A stretch of 64,000 bases of DNA from Eledone cirrhosa (taxonomy: Eukaryota). Below, one piece after another: positions 23,963 through 36,838 of this stretch. Each line of letters begins with the position of its first letter. Position 1 is the first letter of the stretch. The position numbers were made by a program, and so were the translations under genes. The stretch covers positions 368,528,001 through 368,592,000 of the forward strand of contig OZ024743.1 of NCBI GenBank assembly GCA_964016885.1. The letters run 5' to 3'. The notes under the pieces are model-generated. The model worked only from the letters and a program-made list of their open reading frames with translations, had not been told where the DNA came from and made no database searches.

Positions 23963-24693
23963 GGTAAATACCATGTTAATATCATACATATATTTTTTGC
24001 TAAGCCACCTATAAACTACAAATCAATCCATCCAATTGTAAGTGCTTTTTCTTTTTTACAACTTATTCTAGGGTGGGGGACAGCGTTCATAGCCTTTGCA
24101 ATTCCCTCACCCACAAAACAGGTGAGATTGGTCTAATTGATGCCTAGCCTGAATATCTGCAGATTTGTCTGCCATAAAAACATAGATGGGGGACTGGTTC
24201 AAATATTTGCAATAGGGAACTCCAGTATATGTACCCAAGGACAAGGTGGGGGTGTTAAGCTGAGTTGCACAGGACTTAAATAAAGATTTCTGAAATATTG
24301 GAGAAAATAAAGTCAATTAGATTTATAACAAATAACGCTTGGTTGTTTGTAATAGAGAAGTAATGGCAAATTAAAACCTGTCAGAATTTAATTCAGAATA
24401 TAAAAATATGTAACTAAATACAGCAAATTACTCTTCTGGTTCTGCCCATATGTATCAACTAATCCTCGCTACATGCATTGATCAGCATTTCATATATATG
24501 TATCAACTGGTCTTTCCCACATGTTTATCCTTGTTTTTAAAATAGATACACCAAATTGTTGTAAAAGGCAAATGAAAGGGCATCTGGCTATCTAGAAACA
24601 TCCTGTCCAATTCATGCCAGTATGAAAATGGAATTAAAAAATGATGATAATAATGACCTTCCTAAATTTATCATCAGTCCTCTGCACATTATC

Positions 24694-24878
24694 CGGTGGA
24701 TTGGCAGTATCAGTAGAGTCGGATGCCATGCTTTCCAGCATAGTTACGTCCCTTTATGGTCTGAGTTCAAATCTCGCCGAGGTTAACTTTGCCTTTCATC
24801 CTTACGGGGTCGATAAAATAAAGTACCAGTAATGTACTGGGTAATTTGCTGGCCTTGTGCCAAAAGTAGAAACAATTA
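24694..24878 (+). mobile_element. tRNA-derived MetaSINE-like copy
   Basis: Same head and core as 22432-22616 in the opposite orientation. Confidence 0.82.
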
Positions 24879-25611
24879 TCCTTATAATTGTAGAAATACT
24901 ACTTAATGATCTTTCTCTGGTAGATTCCCCAGAATGATTTCATGAACCAATTCCAGTATCTTTTTAAAGTACCAGGTATATCAATATTTCTGGTTTCTTA
25001 AATAGATAGATATATGACATTGTGTAGTACACCAAATAGAACTATCTCGTCACCTGAAAATCTGATCCATTATCCTTTTTAACATTGCACTTTCTTTGAG
25101 TTGGTGTGAATGCAATTGCATGTGAAGAATCCAGTTGGGGAAAAAAGAGCTGTTTCTATTTAGCCACTATTTGTACTGATATCAATAATGTATTGATTAA
25201 ACATATAAGGAAGTTTAAAGCAAATCTGTAAGCTAAGATTGAACTTTCATTCTTTTCTCTGAAAACCAATATATCAATCAGATAAAAACCAATAGTAGTG
25301 ATTGGACATGAAGCGAACAGTTATGATCAAATGTAAAGTTAACCTTATTGAAGTTACTTGCTGAATGCCTCTCAAGTAAAAATTTCTATGAATCCAAGCA
25401 AGTTAATCCAATCCTTTGTTCCAGAATGACCCATGACTGGCTCAGCTATAGAATACCTGGCTTAAAAGCGTTAACCCTTTTGTTAACATACTTCTAATGA
25501 AATATACTTCTAGTATGTTTCAATTAATTTTTAAAAAAATTTTTTAAATGGGGGAAATTTAGTAAAACAGTTAACTTTTTCATTATCAAACTGACGTTTT
25601 TGTATTTGGCT

Positions 25612-27600
25612 TTTACATATATCTTCCTTTTTCTGATGACCAAATGCTGAAGCTGACACATTAATGCACCAGCTTTTGCAATTCTTGCTCTTAATTCAGC
25701 CTCTTGTCTTCCATCACTCATGAACACGGCCCCAAGTTAATTGAACTTTTCTACCTGCTTTGGAACTCCATTCACATGTAGAGTATGTTGCGCAGGCTTC
25801 ATTGGGAGGACTTGTGTCTCAGTTTTCACAGCACAGATTTTCATTCTTTCCATGCATCAAGCCAATCAAGCGCAAGTTGGAGATCACTTTCTAACAAGCT
25901 AAATATTACCATGTCATCTTTAAATTCCAGCCGACTGATCCTACACCTGCCAGTCTCAATACTATTTCCAACCTGAATGCACATGTCAATCCTATTTAGA
26001 GTCCACCACACATTGAATAGTTTCAACTTAGCAACATTTATCTGAACACAAATGCTAGGGCATTCTTACAGAGACATTAGGGCAAGAAAAAGCTGTCCAT
26101 CAATCCTATATTCCTGTAGAACATACCACAACAGGTCTTGTGGAACACAGTCATATGCCTTTTCAAGGTCTACGGAACAAGCATACACCTCTTGGCAACA
26201 TTCTCACAATTTCTCAAAGGCCTGCTTCAGTGTGAATATTTAATCAGCTGCATTGTGTCCAGGATGAAAACTGCATTGTTTGTCAGCTAACCTGGATTCC
26301 ACAATATCCCTAAATCTCTTTTCCAGACACTTAGCATAAACTTTACCAGGGTGGTTTAACAAGGAGATCCTTCTATAATTGGGACAATCTCTCTTGCCTC
26401 CCTTTTTGAAAATTGGGATCATCACTCCCGATTGCCATTGCTTAGGTGCCTTTCCAGAGATCCAGGCCACTCAGCACACATGACTCCTCCAGAGAATACC
26501 TTGTCTATTTAAAGCTTTTAACATCCTCCAGTGGCCTTGCTACATTTGAACTTTTTAATTGCCCGTCTCCTCAGCCTCTGATAGGTTAGTCATCACTCCC
26601 AAATTCTGTTGTGACTGGGTTTTTATGAGATCAACAAAGTATTCTCTCCACCTCAAGAGGAGGCACCTCTGTGAAGAGAGGAGAACCCCAGACACATTTT
26701 TTTATATCAGGTGTGGAGGACTTCTTATTACAAAGTTGGAGGATGGTCTGCCAGCACACTTTATTTGCTGATCTGAATTCGGATTCCACCTTAACTTAAA
26801 AGTCCTACTATCTCTTAACATTGGATGCCTTTACTGTCTCTACTGCAACTTTTTGCACCTTTTTGTACTGTAAGGGCAAGAAGGAGGACTTATTTCCAAG
26901 CCAAACTTTGTAAGCATCCTTCTTTGCTTGGATGTCATCTTTGGCCACATGATTGAACCTAGAGGTCCTCCTACCACCCAGCACTACACCAAGCCACTTT
27001 TACCCACAGCATTTAACAGCTGAAGCAGAAACTGCCAAGCTGAATAGTCTCTACTCCATTACAATGTCCTCAGTTTGCTCAGCGAGTTCTCTGAATTTGG
27101 ATGCAATAGTATCTGCAAACCTGTCCATAACTTCCTTATCTACCAGTGATTCCCACTTTATCCTGTAGGTTGAGCTGGAACTACATGTTTTGTGGGCTCT
27201 CTTGGCTTTAGGTAGTCTCAGGCTGCAGATAACTAAGTGGTGATCAGTTGACAGCTCAGCCCCTCTTTTAACACACAAACATCCAGCACAGAATCAAAGA
27301 GATCAGAGACAGTAACGCATTCTGATAGCTGAGGAGTGAGGTGGTGGAACTTGTGAGTATCTACACTCCTGTCTGTGCAGTCTTTTCTAGTGCCACATCT
27401 GAATATTGGAGTTTTCATCATCCATCTAAATCTATAGTACCAGAGCCATGGAACTTTGAGAAAATCTCAACTATGTCTAGCTGGTAACATCTAGCCTTCT
27501 CCACAAGTTTCTGCTCCTTGTCTGTAAGCTTTGTAACATTCCAGTTCCCAGTTGTCAAGGTTGGCTCCCTTTCTGACCCTCCCTAAGGTCTCAGGATACA
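25612..27600 (-). mobile_element. Decayed RTE of Expander/Rex3-like type
   Basis: Fragments GAELSTDHHLV, WISGKAPKQWQSGVMIPIFKKG..DCPNYRRISLL, LLESDLQLALD, MSDGRQEAELRARIAKA. Confidence 0.85.
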
Positions 27601-28544
27601 TAACATTTATGCTTCCATCCCACGCCTCCTAGGATAGGTTGCAGACCCTTTTACCTATGACCTTAATGCATCCCTTGTTATCCCATGTAAAAAAAAGATG
27701 CAGTATGGATGTCTTTACTGTTTCCGGGAATATTGCAATGTTTTTGTGATCTCATTCTTGCCAGTTTTTAATTTGGTACTTTGCTCAGACCTGAGATGAC
27801 TAGGCTTTTTTAGAGGTGTCTTTTAATTGCCTCATCAATGCTACATCACTGGGTTGTGAGAGTTTTCTTGGGAGCTAACAACATCACCTGTTACTCCATC
27901 TCCCCTAATTAGTTTCCTTACTGTTGGTCTGGGCTGCTTATTCGTCCAGCAGAAGCCCACTTATATCGCAACTAACCATCATATCTGTATAATATCTACC
28001 ATCCGTGGCCCATTCTCTAGCTTGATTATCTAAATAATGTTTAAAGCCAGAAATTTGGACGGAAAGGAAAATTGATTATATCAACCCAGTGTTTGACTGG
28101 TACTTTATTTTATTGACCTTGGAACGATAAAAGGCAGAATTGGCCCTAGCAGAATTTGAACTTAGAATGTAAAGAGTTGGAACTAAATACTAGCATTTTA
28201 TCTGATGCTCTAATGATTCTAAAAATCCACCACCCTTATCTATATGATTACTGTAGTCAATTTGATTCACTCTGCTTTCTCCCTTGAAAAAAAAAAAAAA
28301 ATAACATTATTATTTATTAGAAAGTTATTTTGTGATAAAGTATACAATTTTATGCTGTTATAGTCACTACTTTATTAGTTTAAGTTTATAGTTAGTTTAC
28401 AGTACATGGAGGCACTGAATGTATATGTAGAAAGATTTCAGTATTTAAAGCATGTCTATAGCATTTACATGTTATTTTCTTACCTCAGATTGTATATTTT
28501 CCTCATTTTAAGTTTATATATAATGTCAACATTATCATCATTGT

Positions 28545-28773
28545 TTAACCCTTTAGCATTTAAACCGGTCGTATCCGGCCAGAATTCTCTCACCTATTTC
28601 TGTTCAAACCAGTGATAACTGGCTCCTCATGCTTACTTTAAGGTATTGTTCTCAAAATAAATAATACCAAAATCTCATAGATTCGATATTATGTGAGATA
28701 ATTGTGTGAGGTAAAGCCTTTTCTGTGAAAATACAATAGTAAATATAGAGTAATGTAAATGTTAAAAGGTTAA
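28545..28773. mobile_element. piggyBac-type MITE
   Basis: TTAA-CCCTTTAGCATTTA ... TAAATGTTAAAAGG-TTAA. Confidence 0.8.
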
Positions 28774-28796
28774 TGTCCTTTTTCTTTGTCAGCACA

Positions 28797-29040
28797 TATC
28801 ATCATCAGTGTTTAATGTCTATTTTCCATGCTTGCATAGGTTAGACACTTGTCGTGTCCTGAGGCCTGACTGTTCAGGAGACTAGGTCTTGCTTGTGTTT
28901 TGTTTTGGCTTGGCTTCTATGGCTGGATGTCCTTCCTAATGCCAAACACTTTACATGTACTGGGAGCATTTTATCGTGACTCTGTGACTCTAGCACTACC
29001 ACTTTTACAGGGTGGACTGGGTTTTTCGTCATGGCACCAG

Positions 29041-29043
<3 letters not shown>
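28797..29043 (-). mobile_element. RTE 3'UTR fragment
   Basis: catcatca...ttccatgcttgcataggttagac...ggctggatgtccttcctaatgccaa; 5' junction abuts (TA)n. Confidence 0.7.
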
Positions 29044-29076
<33 letters not shown>

Positions 29077-29101
29077 TGATACACGCACACTTACACACAC
29101 A

Positions 29102-29200
29102 CAGTGGAACCTCAGTTCACTAACATCTCTCATCGTGAACAAATCAGTTCATGAACAATTTTTCCAAACAAAATGTCTCAATTCATGAGCATGAGCCTTG
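29102..29200 (+). mobile_element. pogo/Tigger-like terminal fragment
   Basis: cagtggaacctcagttcactaac resembles Tigger TIRs; no partner end found. Confidence 0.4.
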
Positions 29201-29722
29201 AGCCTGCAACAATGGTTGACAACAAGCTTGGAGTATCGGAGGGAAAGCGCCACTTGCTATGTAGTTAGTTACTATGGTGATATTATTAGAATATATTAGT
29301 TACTATCGTGAAAATATTAGAGAAGAGGTCAGTGGCTCAAGTTATACAAGTGGCTGGGTGTGGAGTGGATGGTGATGAGTTAAACAAAGATAATTGACAG
29401 AAATTATGATTAGACAGGTGACTGCAAAATTTGATAGAGGAAACTTTAAAAGAATAACATTTTACTCCCTTAAAGGATATGCCTGATGTTAAGAGAATGT
29501 TATTCATTTAATTTTCTAACTGCTAATAACAATTGAACAGCTCCCTGTTTTTTGTTATCTCATCTACCATACAGATTTCAATTATAAAAGTTTTGTTTTA
29601 TCTTTGCCCCGCAAGATATGGGTTTCATAAACACGAATAAATATGTGTGTGTGTATATATATGTGTGTGTGTGTGTATATTTATATTTATATTTCGAATG
29701 TTGAGAAGTGACACACGAGTTG

Positions 29723-30486
29723 ATATATATTAGGAAGATGAAAAAAAGTAGAAAATGCTAATAGGATTTTCTCATAGAATAACAACAAAACATTTTTTTT
29801 AAAGTAATTTATCGTACCGGTTTCAGCCGATTATTATTTCGGCTTCTTCATGCTACAGGAAATATGGTAAAAAGTATATAATAAAATTAAGGTGTATATT
29901 AATTAGAAGAGGGTATTAGAGAACATAGTTTACATATATATAAAAGTTCACATTTTTGTTTATCTCTTTCTCTCTCTCTCTCTCTTTCTCTCTCTCTTCT
30001 CTCCTTGGTGGTTTGGTGGTAGTAGCTGCTAAAATAGAAGTTGGCTTGTTCCCTGTTACTGTCTGGCTGGCTGTTGACTATAATTGCATTAGTAGTAGTA
30101 GTTGTAGTAGTAGAGGGAGTAGAGGAAGAAGAAAAAGATGTGGTAGTTATAATAGGAAGAAGGCAAAGACGAAGGAGAAGAAGGAGAAGTAGCTGCTGCT
30201 ACCACCAAACCACCAAGGAGAGGCGAGAGAGAGAAAGAGATAAACAAAAATGTGAACATTTATATATACACAAACTGTGTTCTCTAATACCCTCTTCTGA
30301 TTAATATACACCTTAATTTTATTATATACTTTTTATCATATTTCCTGTAGCATGAAGAAGCTGAAATAATAATCGGCTGAAACCGGTTCGATAAATTACT
30401 TTTTAAAAAATGTTTTGCTGTTATTCGATGAGAAAATCCTATTAGCATTTTCTACTTTTTTTCTTATCTTCCTAATATATATATAT
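29723..30486. repeat. Long inverted repeat, probable inverted Penelope-like pLTR pair
   Basis: Arms 29723-30031 and 30190-30486 are reverse complements with scattered mismatches; each has a hammerhead-like core. Confidence 0.7.
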
Positions 30487-33309
30487 AGAAGAGGTAACAC
30501 AACAGTTAGTTCACCATACCGAGAACAATTGTTTCACCTAAGCGGATATATATATATATATTATCTTGTACAATTAAGTTTAGGCCATTACTCTCCATAA
30601 ACTATAAAAAAAGAATTAAAAGTCTGCTTTTATCTTAAACATTTATGTTTATTTCATGGTTGCACTTGTGTGCCAGATTATTTGATCTGAGATAAGACAT
30701 TAAAACTAAAACAATTGCATTGTGGTAGAACCATATTAGCCATTTAAAACACCTCAGTATTGTTATATTTATTTGTATTCTACTTTAATATTTGCAATTG
30801 TATTGATTAGTAAACATATATATATTAACAACATACTGAGAGTACACAATCATATGGTTATGGGTTCGATACCTGAACAAGGTGATGTTCACTTCACTGA
30901 AAATGAGTACTATAAGCAGCTGGTAATTAACCTTACAATAGACTGATGTCTCTTGTAACTTCAGTCACTTAACACCACATAAAACCAATATAAGCCCCTG
31001 TCTTTGTTCTTTCCATGCCAATATGAAAAAAACATACACCAAACTGATGCATACATACACACATGAACAATATTAAAGAATATGAATGTAACAGTACATG
31101 TTTTAAATGCTAATAATATGACTCTATCATAATGCAACTATATTGATTATTATGATCTCATTGATATTTGCTAAAGCATAGTTCCCATGTAAATTGAAAT
31201 GTACCAAGAAGATAATCATTAAGTTTCTGATCATAACTATTTCTAACACAGGTATGTGATCAGAGAACAGCCAATTAAATCAAGCCTACTACTTGTCTGG
31301 TACTTTATTTTTATCACCACCCCACACCAAAAAAAAAAGATGAATGGCAAAATAGACATCAGCAAGATTTAAACTTAAAATGTAAAAAGCTAAAACAAAT
31401 ACCATAATGTATTCTACCAATCCACTGCCCTACAAAGATTGTGATTATAAGACACTTATATTCTTGCTCCAATAAAGCATAACATTTTAAAGAATTAGTC
31501 CTCTATTCAACACTGCTTGGTCATGTTTGGAATATTATCCAAGTGCTGTTTACTAAATCTAAATGTAAGTCGATAAACTATTCAACATATGAGTATTTTA
31601 TACATTGCAATTAAAATCTGATATTAACTTTTAGATTCTCATTTCTTCAGGATATATGAAATATATACCTGAAACATAATAAAATATTTTCAATAGTTTG
31701 CAATATCTGTAGTACATTTTAATGCTTACTTCTATTAGATATCCAATAATTTCTGTAATAAATAGAATTTTATATCTATGTATTCCATAATTTCATATTG
31801 ATAAATCTAAACAGTATACACTGATATTATTAATAGTGTGTGTGTATGTGTATATATATTAAGAAGTATTTCTGTGTATACAAATATAAACTTTATATAT
31901 ATATATATGTTCAACTCTGACCTTCAACATTGATAAAGAAATATTGATATTTTCAATATAGTTCAGCAATTCCAAATTAGATTACTTCAGAAATATTTGG
32001 TGTCCTTTGATGCCTTCTTATATAATCAGCTGTTAGTTGTTATAGGTTTCTATCTATAAACCAGTTTTATATCTTTTTGCTTTCTGCTTTATTCTTATGT
32101 GAATCAATGGATCAATTTGTACACACCCCTCCACATACATTTGGTCTTGATTGTAAGTTTGTACAAGTGCTGTCCAATATATATAATTGCAACTGGCCAA
32201 ATGTTTAAGAAGTTTACTTTACAATTATAAAGTCTTGGCTTCAAATTCACTGAGTGGCATCTTTAGCATGTCTTCAGTCCACCTCATTCTTATGAGGGAA
32301 ATTGGCTATATGGAAACTGTATTGAAAACTATAAGATGAACCCTCCTTGTAGATAAAGGTGCAGCTTTGTCACACACTGTATTATAATATTTTGGCCTGA
32401 GTGCAAGTGTCTGTGGAATATTCAGCCACTTATACAACAATTCAACCAATAGATAAATCAATTGATCAACTAACTGGAGTACCTATCATCAAAACTAACA
32501 GAATCCATGTGCATTGAATGTGTATGAGTGTAATGGAACATAGTGCAGGCTGTTTATGTACTACACGTAATATTTTGTAAAAAAAAAAGTAAAAACAAAT
32601 AATAATGCTTTCTGATTTAGGCACAAGGTCAACAGTTTAGGGGTAGGGGAAAGTTGATTATTTTGACACCAGTATATTACTAGTACTTTATTTCATCAAC
32701 GCTGTAAAGCTGAAAGGCAAAGCTAACCTATAGCTCTCTTCTCTTCCTATTATTACCAAGATTCAAAAGGAAAGCCATCAAGGGATTCTCTACATGATTC
32801 CTCTCATATCACACTTTACTATAGTAAAAAAAAAAGAGGACACATTAGATAATATAGTAATTGATAGCCTGTGTACTTGTAATTCAAAGTACCATCCTTG
32901 TCACACTGTCACACTAAATCCTCATCATTGTGTTAGGGGTACATTAGATAATATACCATTGATTTAACAACTGGAATCTATCATCTGAATTTGTCAGAGG
33001 TCCATATGTGTGTTAGTGTCTGGGTATAGGTATGTGATTCTGTGTGTGTATGTAGGTACACATGTATTATTTAAATTTCTATAATTCTACAATAACTGCC
33101 AGATCTAAATGCTTCCATGCAATAATGTTTAAAGAATCCTTAACATTTGGCAAAACTTTCAATTTTGACATTTTCTTTCCATATTTGAAGTGTCAAGAAT
33201 TATTAACAATTATAAGTTTAAGATAATTATGATTTCAATAGGTATTATAGGTTTAAGACAAGATTAAAATAACCTATTAGGATAATTATGATTTTAATAG
33301 GCATTGTAT

Positions 33310-34565
33310 TAGACCATTGCAAAAGTTCATGCTTGATTTTCATTGTTAATATAAAATGATCGCAACCTGATACATGCGTTTGTTTTGGTGCCAATTTCTG
33401 GTGTGTTCTAGATTAAAACCTTGCATTCAGTTGTGAGTCAGACTTTGTTGAATGTTTTGTCCACAAATGAATGCCTTAAAGATGAAGGATGTAAAGTTGC
33501 ACTTTTGCCAAAATAGGCTCTGTGAATTTCAGAAAGGAGTAAGTGATGGAACTGTGACAAAAAACATTTAGAAGCTTCATTTGACTCATGCTCCAGTTCT
33601 TTGGGCAGTCAAAAAGTAGTTTAACAGATTTTGTCAGGGTGATTTTAACCTAAACATCAATCACACTCCAGGTGACCTACTGACGTTGATAAAGACTCTT
33701 TGCTTGCCATCATGGAGAATAAACTGAAGATTTCAACAGAAAATATTGCTAAGAGTTTGAAAATTGATGTTTCAACTGCCATTTAAAGAGACTTGGGTTT
33801 TGTTTCTAAACTCAACATGTGGGACCATATTCTCTGACAGAACATACCAAACTCGATCATGTTTTTACAGCAATTTCTTTGGTGTTATGCCGCAAAAAAG
33901 AACCGTTCTTGGACAGAATTGTCACAGGTGATGGAAAATGAATCGTTTATAACTTATGACACAGATGGAGCTGGAAACAAGCTTGTGAAAATGCAGAACC
34001 CATAGCTAAAATGGGCTTGGAGCCAATGAAGGTGTAGCTGTCGGTTTGGTGGGATTGCAGAGTGGTAATTCACTTTGAGCTTCTTCCAGCCAATGAAACA
34101 ATAATTGCAAAGAAGTATTGCGACCAACTCACCAACCAATCTTAATGAAGATATTCAAGAAAAACGGCCGATTTTGGCAAATCGAAAATGTTTCATTTTC
34201 CACCACGACAATACAAGACCACATGTTGCAAATCAGACCTTGCAGAAGCTTAAAAAGTTGAAATGGGAACCCCTTCAGCACCCACTGTATTCTCCTGACT
34301 TGGTTCCTTCAGATTTTCTTTTGTTCTGGTCTCTACAGAACAATTTTAATAATAAAGAATTTGACACTGTACATACAGTCAGTCAATCAAAAACTACCTC
34401 ACAACCCTCTTCCAATAAAAAACATAGTTTCTATGAAAATAGCATGAACAAGCTTGTAAAATGATGGGGGGAAATTTTAAAAACAATTGGGACTTGACTA
34501 ATAAATACTTTTTTGTATGTTAAATTTTATTTTTTATTTTCTAATCGGGCATGAACTTTTAATAT
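33310..34565 (+). mobile_element. Decayed mariner transposon
   Basis: TIR cores aaaagttcatgcttgattt / aatcgggcatgaactttt; transposase remnants IVTGDGK*IVY, FHHDNTRPH, HPLYSPDLVPSDF. Confidence 0.88.
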
Positions 34566-34631
34566 AATTATGATTTCAATAGGCATTTTAGGTTTAAGAT
34601 AATTATTTCTATATAGATTATAGATAATTAT

Positions 34632-34746
34632 TTCTACTTTTGGCACAAGGCCAGCAATTATATCAGTGCATTACTGGCACTTTATTTTATCGACCCCATA
34701 AGGATGAAAGGTAAAGTTAACCTCGGCGGGATTTGAACACAGATCA
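34632..34746 (-). mobile_element. 5'-truncated MetaSINE-like copy with 22-bp TSD
   Basis: tatatagattatagataattat repeated at 34610-34631 and 34747-34768. Confidence 0.8.
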
Positions 34747-36838
34747 TATATAGATTATAGATAATTATGATTTCAGTAGGCATTTCTTAATTGAATTTCA
34801 ATTAAGAAATGCCTACTGAAAAGTGCCTTGAAATTAAATTATATATACATGCTTTTAACAGAGTCCTCTCTGTTACAAGTATTCCCTCTTTCTCGCCAGT
34901 CTTAGCAGCTCTGTAAAAGGTCCTGGGTATTGCCTTCCCCATCCTGATTAAACAATATAGAATAAATAAATAAATACTCTAAAATGTCCTCATATACTGT
35001 AGGTGTATATTTCATATATCCTGAAGAAATCAGAGTCAAATAAAAATTAATATTAGTCATATATCAAATGTAACATGTGAAACAATTGTTTGGGTTATGC
35101 CAAAGGCTTCTAAGCTTTTTTGCGGGGAGGGGTATTCAAGCTAAAACTTTTAGTTTGATAAATATTTTTATATATCATTACAGGACATTTTGAAAAATTA
35201 CATGATGATGGAATATAAAATTAAGATGGTGCTATTAAAATCAAGCCTTTTTTTACAGATATATTGTTTATCTTGTTGTACAAAAGAAACTAGATAGAAA
35301 GAAGGGAAATTCTAGGATTAGTATACCCATTTTCTTCTGTTTTTCAGGAAAGTGACTGCTTTTATTAGATTATCCTCATAATAATTGATGGAGGGCAGGA
35401 AAGCTAAATGCTTGTTAGTTTCAATATCTAATTTTCAGTCTTTCTGATCATGAGACTTTTGTATAACTATTGTTGATAATGATGATAGTATTGTTTTAGC
35501 AGAATTAAGATCAAATCTTTGTTCATCGATCAAGTATTCAAACATGATTTAGTATATATTTTACAGTAAACTTTCCTAGAGATATAATTTAATGTTTAAC
35601 CAAGGTCAACTTTGATCTAGCAGACCTTTGAGGAAAGGTGTTCCAACCATTAACAATGTCTTTTCAGGCATAATGTATCTGGGACTGTATTATTCTGTGT
35701 CCTTTCTTAAGATGGTTTGTATAATACGAAGGAGATTTGAGAGGCATTGATGAATGATCACTATCTGAAAGAGAGATAATTTAATATCAAGCCAGTGAGC
35801 AAAAGTGTTCCAACCATCACCAATCTGCCTTTTCATGCATAGTGTATCTTGGGTTGTATTATCCTATGTTTCCTTTCCTTTTTAAGATGTTTGGTGCAAT
35901 ATGGGAAGATTTGACTACTGTTTCTAGCATGCCAAGCAACCATATAAAGGCTCTCACATTAGCATGTCATAATTTGATGTTTACGTAGATATTAACTATT
36001 AAGAATCAGAATCTTGTGTCTAATATCTCCACTGTGAACCTGAAGTTATTACAACTTTTCACGTTTGTTTCTCTCAGAACTTTCTCATTGATCATGAAGA
36101 ATAGTTCCTAAATCTTACGTGCTTCATAATCACTGAATTTTCACAAAAGCTAATTTTCCAAGGACTCTTTCATTCTCTAATGTCTTTTATATCGGTTTTA
36201 TTAATTTTCCAGTTTGCTTATTAGTAAATGTGGTTGCTATTCATTCTATATTGATTCATTCATCATGTTACACAGCTGCAGACAACAGCCTGGGTGATTC
36301 TCCTCTCTGTTAAGATTAATGCTATACATTATCATCATCATCATCATCATCATCATCAACACTTTAATATAACTATTCCCAGCAACATTTCACTTTCCAT
36401 TTCCCACGCTACTATAAATCAGATGAGTCTGTTTGGTCACATATCTTTATGTTCCTTAAGCTGATGATAATAAACTCCCACAATTTCATTTTTTAATCCA
36501 GTATTTTGGGGCAGATTGGAATCAAAAGGTTTAATAAAGATACTTCCTCAGTTCAGAAATTCAGTCAGTTGTAGTTTAGTCCTAGATCAGCTTTGATTAA
36601 GCAGAACTAAAGAAATTAAGTAGTTTAAAATGCTAGGTGCAATCTTCAGGTCCAGTACTGCAGGTATATCATGCCTTCCCTCAGTGTAGAACCATACTGA
36701 GTACTTTGATGTTCCATTGTTAATTTAATCTGATGTACACTCTGAGAAGGAATAGAAAATTTGGATGAGATACGAGTTTTTATACAATTAAGTTATTTCC
36801 AAAGCACAGTTTCAGGGAATTTCTAGTTTATATTAGAA

